Origin: an uncultured bacterium
GTDB lineage: Bacteria; Zixibacteria; MSB-5A5; UBA10806
Reading direction: 5' to 3'
Assembly: GCA_965541585.1 (NCBI GenBank)
Contig: CBEUCH010000001.1
Coordinates: 256,001 to 320,000 of the forward strand
DNA: 64,000 nucleotides
Every line of letters begins with the position of its first letter. Within the stretch, counting starts at the first letter, position 1. A program made the translations under genes and the position numbers. The notes below the pieces were generated by a model, which was not told where the DNA came from, searched no databases, and saw only the letters and a program-made list of their open reading frames with translations. Positions 9,057 to 18,341 of this stretch are shown piece after piece.

Positions 9057-9473
9057 TTATTTTTTATGTGATCTGCACATGTCCATTACGTTATGAGTCT
9101 TGCACCATGAAATGGTCACGGCGCCTATAGTATACGATTCGACGTCGAGTTGGTTAGCATCCGCGTAATAAACACCGTGCACGGAGACCTCTTTATTGTG
9201 GTAATCTTTACCTTTAAAAAGATTTTCGGAATATACGTTTTCCAGAAACGTAATGAACTTGCCGTCCTCTGTTTTTAGCGCGTGTGTGTGACCGTATTTG
9301 CTGCATTCTGACCGGGCGCCTTCCTCGCTCTTGAGCGTACAGCCCAGACATACAAGTTTGCCTTCAAAAGTGGCACGCTTACCTTCCGCAAATGTCTGTT
9401 CCGCGCCGGCGATAAACAAGGCTCCCCAAAAGAGCGCCAGTACTACAGAAAGTGAAGTTAATCTCGCGGTCAT
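9057..9473 (-). CDS. secreted Cys/His-rich hypothetical protein
   Basis: Signal peptide, then GKLVCLGC, ECSKYGHTH and C-terminal CKTHNVMDMC. AGGAGG RBS. Confidence 0.7.
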   Translation of the reverse strand: MTARLTSLSVVLALFWGALFIAGAEQTFAEGKRATFEGKLVCLGCTLKSEEGARSECSKYGHTHALKTEDGKFITFLENVYSENLFKGKDYHNKEVSVHGVYYADANQLDVESYTIGAVTISWCKTHNVMDMCRSHKK

Positions 9474-9612
9474 TTTTCCTCCTGGTTGTCGTTTTTGATA
9501 TTGACTTCTATATTCATAATTATTATAACGTGATTGATCGGCTTCGGGTTCCTTTTGTGGCTGAATTAATCGCGGTTAAATAATTAAGTTTACATTCCTG
9601 ATCCATCAAAAA

Positions 9613-9852
9613 TGGATGCAGCATCACGCCCGGCATGACAGGGAGATGGCACCCTGTGGATGCAGCATCACGCCCGGCATGACAGGGAGATGGCACCCTG
9701 TGGATTCCGCATCAAGTGCGGAATGACAAGGGCGAAAAGGTTGTCATTCCCGCGTAATCGAAGATCCCCGAAGGGCAAGCGGGAATCCAGAGGGGGAGCC
9801 GTATTCTGGTCCTACGGATCCGAAGGAATTCCCAATCAAGCTGGGAATGACA
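9613..9852. repeat. 44-bp exact tandem duplication followed by a composite dRS3-like element
   Basis: 9613-9656 equals 9657-9700. 9701-9852 is colinear with 3353-3503, including the nested TCCTACGGATCCGAAGGA (9810-9827). Confidence 0.85.
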
Positions 9853-9972
9853 TGGCAGGTCGCGCGGCATACTATATCCGAAAGATTGAGCCGTGAAGGA
9901 AGGCCGTCAGGGTATACTATTTTTGATTGACAATGATGATATGGCACGTATGTTGATTCCCGGAGAAAACTT

Positions 9973-11160
9973 ATGCTGCCGCTTCTGTTGCTCTTTCTTT
10001 TAATAATCGTTCTGATCAGGTTTAAAATTCCTATAGGATTATCTCTTCTTGCCGGCGCTCTGTTTCTCGGAATCTGGAACTACGGATTGGGAAACGATCT
10101 CTGGATACTGCTCTATCAATCCTTCATCAATATCAAAAGCTGGAATCTTGTAATAACAGTAATCCTGATTTTGACATTTGCCAACCTGTTTGAGTCGGCG
10201 GGCCTGGTGAAATCGATGGTGTCATCGCTGGAATCATTTTTATCGCCTCGCTGGGTCGGTCGGGCAGCTCCGGCAATCATCGGGCTTTTACCGATGCCGG
10301 GAGGCGCCATGGTCTCAGCGCCTATTGTCAGGGAGATCGGGAGGAATACCGATACCAGGCCGGAGGTCTTCACGGCCGCCAACTACTGGTGGCGTCATGT
10401 CTGGGAGGCGACCTGGCCTCTTTACCCCAGCATAATACTGGCGGCGGCGGTATTGAAGATCTCCGTTTGGGACGTGGCTATTGTCAACTTCCCTATCAGC
10501 GTCACCTGCATTGCTGCCGGTCTTTTGCTGGGGAAAATCGGCAATTCTCAAAGGTCGGGAGCCAGGCCCGATTTGCTGCTTCTTCTAAAGTCGCTCTGGC
10601 CTATATTATTTATAGTCCTGCTGGGTCTGGTGCTGAAAGTCGATCTGATTTTCTCGGTGGTATTCGTAATTCTGATCCTGGTTTTTGCGTACCGGATCCG
10701 GTTTCCGGCAGTGAAGAGGGCCTTTCTGAAAAGTTTCTCTCCGAATATCATAGTCCTGATATTCGGGGTAATGACCTTGATGTATACCATGGAGATAACC
10801 GGTACGGCGGGGCTTTTCTACGAGGAACTTCTCCAGATAAATATCGCGCCGGCTTTTGTTGTTTTTGCAGTGCCTTTTGTTGTCGGAGTTCTGACCGGAG
10901 TAACATCGGCATATATCGGAGTTAGCTTCCCGGTTATCCTGCCGCTTCTGGGAACTGAGTCGTTATCCTTTAAATCCGGGATGCTTTTAGCGTTTGCGGG
11001 CGGATTCATGGGGGTTATGGCTTCCCCGGTCCATCTTTGCCTGGTGCTGACCAAGGAATACTTCAGGGCCTCACTGGGGAAAACCATGGTGCTTTTGGCT
11101 CTTCCGATCGTCATAACGTCATGTATGGCATGGGTCTTAGCCGGCATCCTGTATAGCTGA
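9973..11160 (+). CDS. DUF401-family multi-pass membrane protein (putative transporter)
   Basis: Motifs PAIIGLLPMPGGAMVSAP, NYWWRHVWE..WPLYP and GVMASPVHLCLVLTKEYF. TTGACA-N16-TATGTT starts at 9927 upstream. Confidence 0.85.
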   Translation: MLPLLLLFLLIIVLIRFKIPIGLSLLAGALFLGIWNYGLGNDLWILLYQSFINIKSWNLVITVILILTFANLFESAGLVKSMVSSLESFLSPRWVGRAAPAIIGLLPMPGGAMVSAPIVREIGRNTDTRPEVFTAANYWWRHVWEATWPLYPSIILAAAVLKISVWDVAIVNFPISVTCIAAGLLLGKIGNSQRSGARPDLLLLLKSLWPILFIVLLGLVLKVDLIFSVVFVILILVFAYRIRFPAVKRAFLKSFSPNIIVLIFGVMTLMYTMEITGTAGLFYEELLQINIAPAFVVFAVPFVVGVLTGVTSAYIGVSFPVILPLLGTESLSFKSGMLLAFAGGFMGVMASPVHLCLVLTKEYFRASLGKTMVLLALPIVITSCMAWVLAGILYS

Positions 11161-11216
11161 TTTATTTTCTAAGGGCTGGTTATAGATTTCCGATATTACA
11201 AAAGGAGAGAGAAATT

Positions 11217-11414
11217 ATGGGAGAAATGACCGGCATCATAATCGGGATATCAGTTGTGGTTTTGACATGGGTGGTGGCCAAGCTCAACGAGAAGGTTGAT
11301 AAACATATCAAGCGTTTTAAGCGGTTTGAGGACGCACTCAGAAAGAACGCCACAGGGCGAGTTGGCAGACAGGCCACCGATCACAAGAAGCAGCCCCAAG
11401 ACGTTTATCCTTAA
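11217..11414 (+). CDS. small single-TM hypothetical protein
   Basis: 65 aa with AAAGGAGAG RBS, an N-terminal hydrophobic segment and a basic tail. Confidence 0.55.
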   Translation: MGEMTGIIIGISVVVLTWVVAKLNEKVDKHIKRFKRFEDALRKNATGRVGRQATDHKKQPQDVYP

Positions 11415-11456
11415 TAAGATAGACAAATCCACTATTATTCTCTGGTGAAATTGTTG

Positions 11457-11484
11457 GGAACTCCCCATCAGCAATCGTGTATAA
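11457..11484 (+). promoter_or_regulatory. ECF-type promoter candidate (autoregulation)
   Basis: GGAACT-N16-GTATAA lies just upstream of the ECF sigma gene. Confidence 0.5.
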
Positions 11485-11510
11485 TGATGTAAGAGGAATT
11501 GCGGAGACTT

Positions 11511-12134
11511 ATGGAAACCGATTCTGGAAAAACAAAAAAGCCGGCAATCTCGGATAAAGAGCTAATGGAACTAATCCAGGCCGGGGATGATAAAGCCTTC
11601 GGATTGTTGGTGGGGCGATTTCAAGACCGCCTGCTGAACTTCGTTGGGCGGATCGTCACGGATCGCGAAACTGCCGAGGAGCTGGTTCAGGAAACCTTCC
11701 TGAGAATCTTCAACCAGAAGAACAGTTACACTCCCGAATATGCCGTTTCGACGTGGGTATATACGATAGCACTCAATCTGGCACGATCCGAGCTTCGCAA
11801 GAGAAAATTACGGCGTTATTTGAGTCTCGATTTCATCAAGGAAGAGGCTGATATCGAGTTGCCGGCCAGGATTAATCTCAAGGCTGTGAGCCTGGCCCCG
11901 ATTATTCAGCAGGCGATAGAGAAACTCCCTGAGGATTACAGGACAGCATTCGTATTATGCGATATTCAGAGGCTACCTTATCAGCAGATAGCCGAGGTTA
12001 TGAGGGTTCCGGTGGGAACGGTCAAATCGAGAATAAACCGAGCAAGATCGATGTTGAGAGATAAGCTTAAGCCATATAAGGAGATATATTATGAATTGTC
12101 GAGGGGCGTCCCGCAGACTATCAGCCTATATTGA
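11511..12134 (+). CDS. ECF RNA polymerase sigma-70 factor
   Basis: Motifs AEELVQETFLR, STWVYTIALN, and region 4 YQQIAEVMRVPVGTVKSRINRAR. Confidence 0.93.
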   Translation: METDSGKTKKPAISDKELMELIQAGDDKAFGLLVGRFQDRLLNFVGRIVTDRETAEELVQETFLRIFNQKNSYTPEYAVSTWVYTIALNLARSELRKRKLRRYLSLDFIKEEADIELPARINLKAVSLAPIIQQAIEKLPEDYRTAFVLCDIQRLPYQQIAEVMRVPVGTVKSRINRARSMLRDKLKPYKEIYYELSRGVPQTISLY

Positions 12135-12684
12135 TAAAGACCTTTCCCCTGGTATAAGGCAATCGGTGGAGGAACACCTGCAAACCTGCAGATCCTGCAA
12201 ACAGAAACTCGCCGAATTGAAAGCTATCGTCGTGGCGGCTCATAGTATGCCGCCGATGAAGGTTTCCAGCGGTTTCAAGGAACGGGTTTTGGCCGCCGTC
12301 CATGACGACAGTAGATCGTCATTGGGATCAAGGGCTATTCGCCTGAGGCTGGCGCTGGCCGGGACGGGATTCGTGATGTCGGCGGCGCTGGTATTTTTCC
12401 TGGCAGGCCCGCCATCCTCGTCGGTAACAACTTCCGGCACCGATGGAAAAATCCAGGTTACAACGGATTCTCAGGGGCAGGTCGATGCACCGGCGGCTCT
12501 TGATTTCACCGAGGATCCCCGGATAAAGATAGAATCTTTCCCGGTTCCGGAAGAGGCTGCGAATATTGATCTGACACATGATGACAGTTTACTGTTCGCC
12601 GATTCTACCTCCAGGATTGATGAGTTCATACTTCCCGTGATCGAAAAATCCCGGGAGCGGGAGAACGTCAACGTTGAATTTTAG
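12091..12684 (+). CDS. zf-HC2 anti-sigma factor
   Basis: MNC..LSAYID..HLQTCRSC zinc motif, one TM segment, overlaps the sigma gene. Confidence 0.88.
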   Translation: MNCRGASRRLSAYIDKDLSPGIRQSVEEHLQTCRSCKQKLAELKAIVVAAHSMPPMKVSSGFKERVLAAVHDDSRSSLGSRAIRLRLALAGTGFVMSAALVFFLAGPPSSSVTTSGTDGKIQVTTDSQGQVDAPAALDFTEDPRIKIESFPVPEEAANIDLTHDDSLLFADSTSRIDEFILPVIEKSRERENVNVEF

Positions 12685-12694
12685 AAGGGACGAG

Positions 12695-13900
12695 ATGAAA
12701 AGAAAGCTAAAGATTTTCACGACTGCGCTGACTATTTTTTTGATCTTTACCGGGGGAACGACTTATGGTGGTGTTCTAAAATCCCTCGATGAAGAGTTGA
12801 CCTCGCTGGTAGAGAAGACCGAACCTTTTCTGGTTACGGTTAAAGGCAAAGGGGCCTGGAGAAATTTAATAGCTACCGGGATCGTGTATGACAAAAGAGG
12901 CCATGTGATTACATCATCGCATGTTTTCAGCGCGGATAAGTTCGAGATTACTTTCAAAGACGGAGCGGCGTTTTCCGCAGAGAAAATAGGTGTCGATAAT
13001 CAAACCGGCCTGGCGGTATTGAAGATTGATAGCGACGATTTGAATCCCCCGGATTGGGGAAAAGTCTCAAAACTTAGAGACGGGGCCTGGATACTGGTGG
13101 TGGGCAATTCTTACGGCATTCCTGCCACCATGAATATCGGTACCTTCTCCGGGGATACAGAGGAGGGTTTTCTTCAGCTAAGCGTCGATGTCAGGCCAGG
13201 GGCCTCGGGGGGAGCGGTTCTGAATACCGATGGCAAGATTGCCGGAATATTGATAGCCCGTGAAGCGGATCCCAGGATCGCGATCCAGAGTCGGGGTCGT
13301 GATGACTTCTTGCGAAATTATGAAGGCGGCCTGAAGTTCTTCGATCTGATGCGGAAATCCGAAGACAGGGCCATTGCGATTCCCAGCGGGATGGTCGTTG
13401 ACGTTGCCGACCAGCTAATCGAGACCGGGGACGTCAAACGGGGATTTCTCGGAATCAGTCAGAAAAACCTCTCCTCAACGGAGCGCGACGAATACGACCT
13501 CCAGAGCGGAGTTCTGGTGGTCGATGTTGTCGAGGAGTCTCCTGCCGAGGAGGCCGGGCTGGAAGAGGGCGATATAATAACCGCCGTCGAGGATAAGCCC
13601 ATACAGGATACTTCCGATCTCTTCAGCTTAATTCGTTCCCATAAGCCGGGGGACAGGGTGATGATCGCATATTACCGCGGCGGCGAAAAGCAGACGACTG
13701 AAGCCATACTGGAAACCGCCGACGATGTTGATCTATTCGGTAAATGGAAGATACGAGAGATTGTTCCGAAGCTGAATGTGGACAATCGGTTATGGCTGCC
13801 AAACGCGACCGATCTTAAAGAAGATATGTCTCGGCTAAGGGATGAATTGGATCGTCTTCAGGACGATTTTGACGAGTTAAGAAAAAGGCTGAAAGAGTAG
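12695..13900 (+). CDS. HtrA/DegP-like trypsin protease domain plus PDZ
   Basis: Signal peptide, VITSSHV, PGASGGA, RGFLGI and PDZ SPAEEAGLEEGDII, with a C-terminal coiled coil. The catalytic Asp position reads Gly. Confidence 0.88.
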   Translation: MKRKLKIFTTALTIFLIFTGGTTYGGVLKSLDEELTSLVEKTEPFLVTVKGKGAWRNLIATGIVYDKRGHVITSSHVFSADKFEITFKDGAAFSAEKIGVDNQTGLAVLKIDSDDLNPPDWGKVSKLRDGAWILVVGNSYGIPATMNIGTFSGDTEEGFLQLSVDVRPGASGGAVLNTDGKIAGILIAREADPRIAIQSRGRDDFLRNYEGGLKFFDLMRKSEDRAIAIPSGMVVDVADQLIETGDVKRGFLGISQKNLSSTERDEYDLQSGVLVVDVVEESPAEEAGLEEGDIITAVEDKPIQDTSDLFSLIRSHKPGDRVMIAYYRGGEKQTTEAILETADDVDLFGKWKIREIVPKLNVDNRLWLPNATDLKEDMSRLRDELDRLQDDFDELRKRLKE

Positions 13901-14069
13901 CCTCTTAGAGAATAGTTTTTTTAGAGTTAGTCTGATATCGGAGTCGCTATCGCATGATCTATCCGCACCCATTATAAAACCCTATATCGCCCAGAATCTG
14001 GAACTCAAGACTTTCCCATTCTGTTGGTTACGTTAGTTAGAGTACCTAACTGTGGGAGGATTTTAGGAG

Positions 14070-14098
14070 TTGACTGGATAGCCAATCTATGGTATATT
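14070..14098 (+). promoter_or_regulatory. sigma70 promoter of the pilin operon
   Basis: TTGACT-N17-TATATT with a TG extension. Confidence 0.6.
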
Positions 14099-14216
14099 TT
14101 ACACTGGGGAGAGTATATTTCTTTTAGGGGTTCAAAGCAGCAAGCTATCTGGGAGGTTTTAGAGGTGGCTTGTTTGGATTTGAAGAGCAGATAATCGTGT
14201 GAAGGAGGTAATCTCA

Positions 14217-14612
14217 ATGAAGAAACTACGCAAGGCCAGCGGCTTTACGATGGTTGAGTTGGCTATCGTGCTGGTCATTCTCGCAATTCTGGCAGCTATC
14301 GCCGTTCCCATCTATCTGCAGTATGTCGAGAGCGCCCGCGCCGGAGAGGCACAGGAGGCTATTGCGGCGGTCTGGGCGGCAGCTAAGGTCCATCATGCCG
14401 AAACGGGAAAATGGGCCACCCAGATCTCTCAGTTGAGAAGGCTTCACCTCGAACAGGTTACAGAGGATAGATGGAGATTCACCATTACGCCCGGCTCCAA
14501 CGGAATTAGGAATATCCGGGCGACATCTAAGGGTCTGATGCCAGGGGGAGCGGGCAAGGTTGTCGCTTTTGATGCCGAACGAGGCACCTGGAGCGGCTAC
14601 GGATTCGATTAA
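14217..14612 (+). CDS. type IV pilin (PilA/PilE-like)
   Basis: Class III signal G|FTMVELAIVLVILAILAAIAVP and strong RBS AAGGAGG. Confidence 0.92.
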   Translation: MKKLRKASGFTMVELAIVLVILAILAAIAVPIYLQYVESARAGEAQEAIAAVWAAAKVHHAETGKWATQISQLRRLHLEQVTEDRWRFTITPGSNGIRNIRATSKGLMPGGAGKVVAFDAERGTWSGYGFD

Positions 14613-14640
14613 TCATTAACTCTTTCCAAGGACTGGCGCA

Positions 14641-15729
14641 TTGGAGGACTACGAAACCGTAGGCGGGGTAGTTTCGGCTGAGAAACCGCTTACCATTGAC
14701 GACCTATTGATGTTTACCAAGGAGCAGGGAGCTTCGGATTTGCATCTTTCCGAAGGTTCTCCTCCGATGATTCGGATCGATGGTCGCCTGCATAAACTGG
14801 ATCTCCCGGGTTTGACCCGAGAGGGGATAAAAGATCTGCTGTTGGGTGCAATGAGCCCGGATCAGCGCAAGCGTTTCGACGAGGGATATGAGGTCGATTT
14901 CGCCAAGGAAATCGATGATAATACCAGGTTCAGATGCAATATCTACAAGCAGATTCAAGGATTGGCGGGAGCCTTCAGGACCATTCCGGCGGAGATCCGT
15001 ACGTTTGAAGAACTCGGTTTGCCGGATATTCTAAAATCACTATCGCTTATGGATCGTGGTCTGGTGCTGCTAACCGGGCCGACAGGTTCCGGTAAGACAA
15101 CTACCCTGGCCACCATGGTGGACTGGATCAACCAGCATAAGGAATGCCATATAATTACTATCGAGGATCCTGTCGAGTATTTCCAGAGAAGCAATCACAG
15201 CCTGATTAACCAGCGCGAACTGGGGGCGAATACTCATTCTTTTTCAAATGCCTTACGTGCGGCATTGCGTGAAGATCCTGATGTTATACTGGTTGGTGAG
15301 ATGCGTGATCTGGAGACGATATCGCTGGCCTTGACCGCGGCCGAAACCGGCCATCTGGTGCTTTCCACCCTGCATACATCATCGGCCACAAAGACAATCG
15401 ATCGTATAATCGATATCTTCCCCGCCGGGCAGAAGAGTCAAGTTCGCTCGATGTTATCCGAATCGGTGCAGGCGGTTCTAGCCCAGTCCCTCCTTCCCAA
15501 GAAAGACAAGGGGCGCGTGGTCGCCTGCGAGGTCATGATAGCCACGGTGGCCGTCAGAAACTTAATTCGGGAGGACAAAATCTATCAAATTCCATCGGTT
15601 ATCCAGTCCGGAGGCAAATCCGGCATGCAGTCTTTGGATCAGCACCTGCTGACCCTGGTATCGGAGGGCAAAATAGAGAGGACTGTGGCGGCTCAAAAGG
15701 CCGACAATCCGAAACTATTCTTAGATTAA
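14641..15729 (+). CDS. pilT: type IV pilus retraction ATPase PilT (copy 1)
   Basis: Motifs ASDLHL, GPTGSGKTTT, TIEDPVE, ALREDPDVILVGEMRD and AVRNLIRE. Confidence 0.93.
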   Translation: MEDYETVGGVVSAEKPLTIDDLLMFTKEQGASDLHLSEGSPPMIRIDGRLHKLDLPGLTREGIKDLLLGAMSPDQRKRFDEGYEVDFAKEIDDNTRFRCNIYKQIQGLAGAFRTIPAEIRTFEELGLPDILKSLSLMDRGLVLLTGPTGSGKTTTLATMVDWINQHKECHIITIEDPVEYFQRSNHSLINQRELGANTHSFSNALRAALREDPDVILVGEMRDLETISLALTAAETGHLVLSTLHTSSATKTIDRIIDIFPAGQKSQVRSMLSESVQAVLAQSLLPKKDKGRVVACEVMIATVAVRNLIREDKIYQIPSVIQSGGKSGMQSLDQHLLTLVSEGKIERTVAAQKADNPKLFLD

Positions 15730-15772
15730 CTTTGAGGGGTATCGCGTAAAGATCGATTATCGAAATAATCTG

Positions 15773-16183
15773 TTGAATCAGAGGGGCCTGACCCTGGTTG
15801 AGTTGATGGTTGCGCTTGTCGTAATCTCGATATCCGTTCTGGCCGTTTATCAGATGTTTATTACGGGAAGGGCATTGATTGTCGAGCAATACGAACGGCG
15901 TTACGCGCTGGAGAGGGCCGAGGCCTGGATGGAAAAAATGAAATATTACGAGAATGAACTCGATACCGTTCCCCTGGATTTTGCAAGATCATTCGTCGAT
16001 ACTTTGGTGCCGTCGAGCGATGAACATGTCGGGATCATGGCTGAATGTGTCATTGACGTTGAGCATAGTAACGAAAGAGATCCCGGGACAGGGATACCTT
16101 ATTATAGCACTGTCTCGGTCACTTATGAATGGGAATCTCTATCGGGTCGGGAATACAGCATAGAATTGAGGTCTATGTTTTAG
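15773..16183 (+). CDS. minor pilin (PilV-like)
   Basis: Prepilin signal G|LTLVELMVALVVI. Confidence 0.82.
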   Translation: MNQRGLTLVELMVALVVISISVLAVYQMFITGRALIVEQYERRYALERAEAWMEKMKYYENELDTVPLDFARSFVDTLVPSSDEHVGIMAECVIDVEHSNERDPGTGIPYYSTVSVTYEWESLSGREYSIELRSMF

Positions 16184-16207
16184 GGATTGGCATTTTATTA
16201 GGAAAAT

Positions 16208-16786
16208 ATGAGAGTATTTCAAAAAATATTAGAAATGAGATCGGGCATGACCCTTATAGAGGTCGCAACCGTTATAGCTATTTCGGCGCTTTTATTTACG
16301 GGGGTGCTCATTGCCTTTACCGAAGGCGTAGGCCACTGGGGAGATACCTCCGAGGAGTTTACTCATTATAATGAAGGTACTGCTGCGCTGGCGTTGATGG
16401 GAAGATTCATAAGAAACGCCAGTTTCATCTCGATCAAGAGTTATTCCGGCGCGGCATTTGCCAAGCTGGAGCTGGATTATCCGGAGGATATCGGGAGCGC
16501 CGCTTTCTATTTCGTGAAGGAGAGTGGTAGTCTTAAATGGAACGATCAAACCGAGGGGCGCAATAAGTTTAACTTAAGACTCCTGCCAGCAGTGGAGTAT
16601 AGACAGGAAAGAGGCGAAAAGCCGTATTTGACGGTAAAGAGAGCCAGGTTTATTCCTCTTGATGATCTGGGTTTTGGGAGTCCCACTCTGATCGGCTACT
16701 CGCTGATAAAAATCGAACTTATCCTGGAGGATCCAGACAACGATACGTTATATTTGTCATCGGTGGTATCCAAGCGAAATAAATGA
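16208..16786 (+). CDS. minor pilin (PilW-like)
   Basis: Prepilin signal G|MTLIEVATVIAI. Confidence 0.8.
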   Translation: MRVFQKILEMRSGMTLIEVATVIAISALLFTGVLIAFTEGVGHWGDTSEEFTHYNEGTAALALMGRFIRNASFISIKSYSGAAFAKLELDYPEDIGSAAFYFVKESGSLKWNDQTEGRNKFNLRLLPAVEYRQERGEKPYLTVKRARFIPLDDLGFGSPTLIGYSLIKIELILEDPDNDTLYLSSVVSKRNK

Positions 16787-16836
16787 GATTTTTTGAAAGA
16801 CTCAAAGGACGGAGACGATCCGGAAGGAGATCTGTC

Positions 16837-18225
16837 ATGAATATCCGGAAATATAGATGTGAGCAAGGCAGCGTGTTGGTGATGGCGGCGGTGCTGTCGT
16901 TTTCCATGTTTTTGCTGGGGCTGTCTTACCTGGGATTCTCGAACGATATAATGATGGAGACGGAGGAGATGCTGGCCAGCGAGCAAATTCACTATGCGCG
17001 CTATGCCGGCATCACGATGGCCGATACTTATACAAGAACGAACTTTCCCGGGTCCAATTACCACGGGGGATTGAAAGAACTTAGCGATGGCGTCTGGTAT
17101 GATAGTTATATCTATTTCGGGGGTTATCAAGGGGGATATTACAGGACCGATGCCAATTATACTCTTGTCGGAATGGGACGTGTTAAAAGGCATTCGGGGG
17201 TTGAGCGGCAGTCAGAAGCCTACAGAAGCATAAAGCTGGAGACCTTCGCCGATTATCTTTATCTGTCCGATGTAGAGCGGGATCCGGAACGGGACGAGAT
17301 AATAAGGTTCTGGACGCCAGATACTCTGGATGGCAAGGTTCATTCGAATGATACCCTGCACATTATGGGTTCGCCCAGGTTTATGAAGAAAGTGACATCG
17401 GCCGCCTCCTATATCGATCCCCCTTGGAATAATGCCACGTTCGACGAGGGATTGACTTTAAACTCCAGGGAAATAGTCTTCCCTGATTTTGCGGATAGTA
17501 TTAAATTTTACAGCGGTTATAGTGGCTGGGGGACATTTCATCCCGACTCTTCAACTGAAATCACATTCAGCGGCCCCTATATTTATCGCAGATACTGCCA
17601 GCAATATAATAATCCCCCCCAACCGCCGATACTGTGTTTTCCGCCATTAATAGCAGATGCTCCCATGTTCGAGATACCCTCAACCGGCGCGCTATTTATC
17701 CAGGGCAAAGTATTCATAAAAGCCAATCGCGCAGGCGTCGATTTGATGGATGGCAACTTTCGGTCCATCGGTTACGAGGGACGACTAACGGTGGCATCAT
17801 CCGATACCATGATAATCTATGACAATCTTATCTACCGATTTGCCAGGGCAGATAATTCGATCCCCGGTACGATCGGTGAGATTAGAGACGTCCTGGGCCT
17901 GATTTCAGAGAATTTCATCATGGTGGGCAAAGATGTCGGGGATACCGTATATATAAACGCTGCCATGGCGGCCCTGAGAGGTTCGATATCGGTTCAGGAT
18001 ATTTACGATTATTGGGTCTTCAACGAAAAGCAATCGCTTTTCATATATGGCTCCCTGGCTCAGAGGAAAAGGGGGATTGTCCACACCACGGACTACAACA
18101 TCAGAGGATTCATCGAGAAAGATTATCATTACGACACAAGACTGCAGCAGTATCCGCCTCCTCATTTCGTTTCCACCGGCAATCATAAATCTATCTATAA
18201 CGAAGGGTTCTTTAGTGATGATTGA
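16837..18225 (+). CDS. large PilX-like pilin, paralogue 1 (DUF4900-like C-terminus)
   Basis: G|SVLVM without Glu5 (PilX/GspK type), followed by DTLDGKVHSND, LGLISEN and YHYDTRL..PPPHF. Start at ATG 16837 behind AAGGAG. Confidence 0.8.
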   Translation: MNIRKYRCEQGSVLVMAAVLSFSMFLLGLSYLGFSNDIMMETEEMLASEQIHYARYAGITMADTYTRTNFPGSNYHGGLKELSDGVWYDSYIYFGGYQGGYYRTDANYTLVGMGRVKRHSGVERQSEAYRSIKLETFADYLYLSDVERDPERDEIIRFWTPDTLDGKVHSNDTLHIMGSPRFMKKVTSAASYIDPPWNNATFDEGLTLNSREIVFPDFADSIKFYSGYSGWGTFHPDSSTEITFSGPYIYRRYCQQYNNPPQPPILCFPPLIADAPMFEIPSTGALFIQGKVFIKANRAGVDLMDGNFRSIGYEGRLTVASSDTMIIYDNLIYRFARADNSIPGTIGEIRDVLGLISENFIMVGKDVGDTVYINAAMAALRGSISVQDIYDYWVFNEKQSLFIYGSLAQRKRGIVHTTDYNIRGFIEKDYHYDTRLQQYPPPHFVSTGNHKSIYNEGFFSDD

Positions 18226-18341
18226 TTGGGCTACAGATTGTAATGAAAATATATGAGATATCGGGTTTGTAAGAAGCCAGAACGTATAGAATCTCCCAAC
18301 CTCAGATGCGATCTGCAGGGACCTTTCTCAAGGAGAAAGAG

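Noticed and set aside
9613..9728. CRISPR array
   Set aside because: The intervening sequences are identical and short, the unit is a REP/dRS3-like palindrome found elsewhere, and there are no cas genes.
9942..9957. Sigma54 promoter TGGCACG-N4-TTGAT
   Set aside because: It lacks the invariant -12 GC, and an overlapping TTGACA-N16-TATGTT explains the site.
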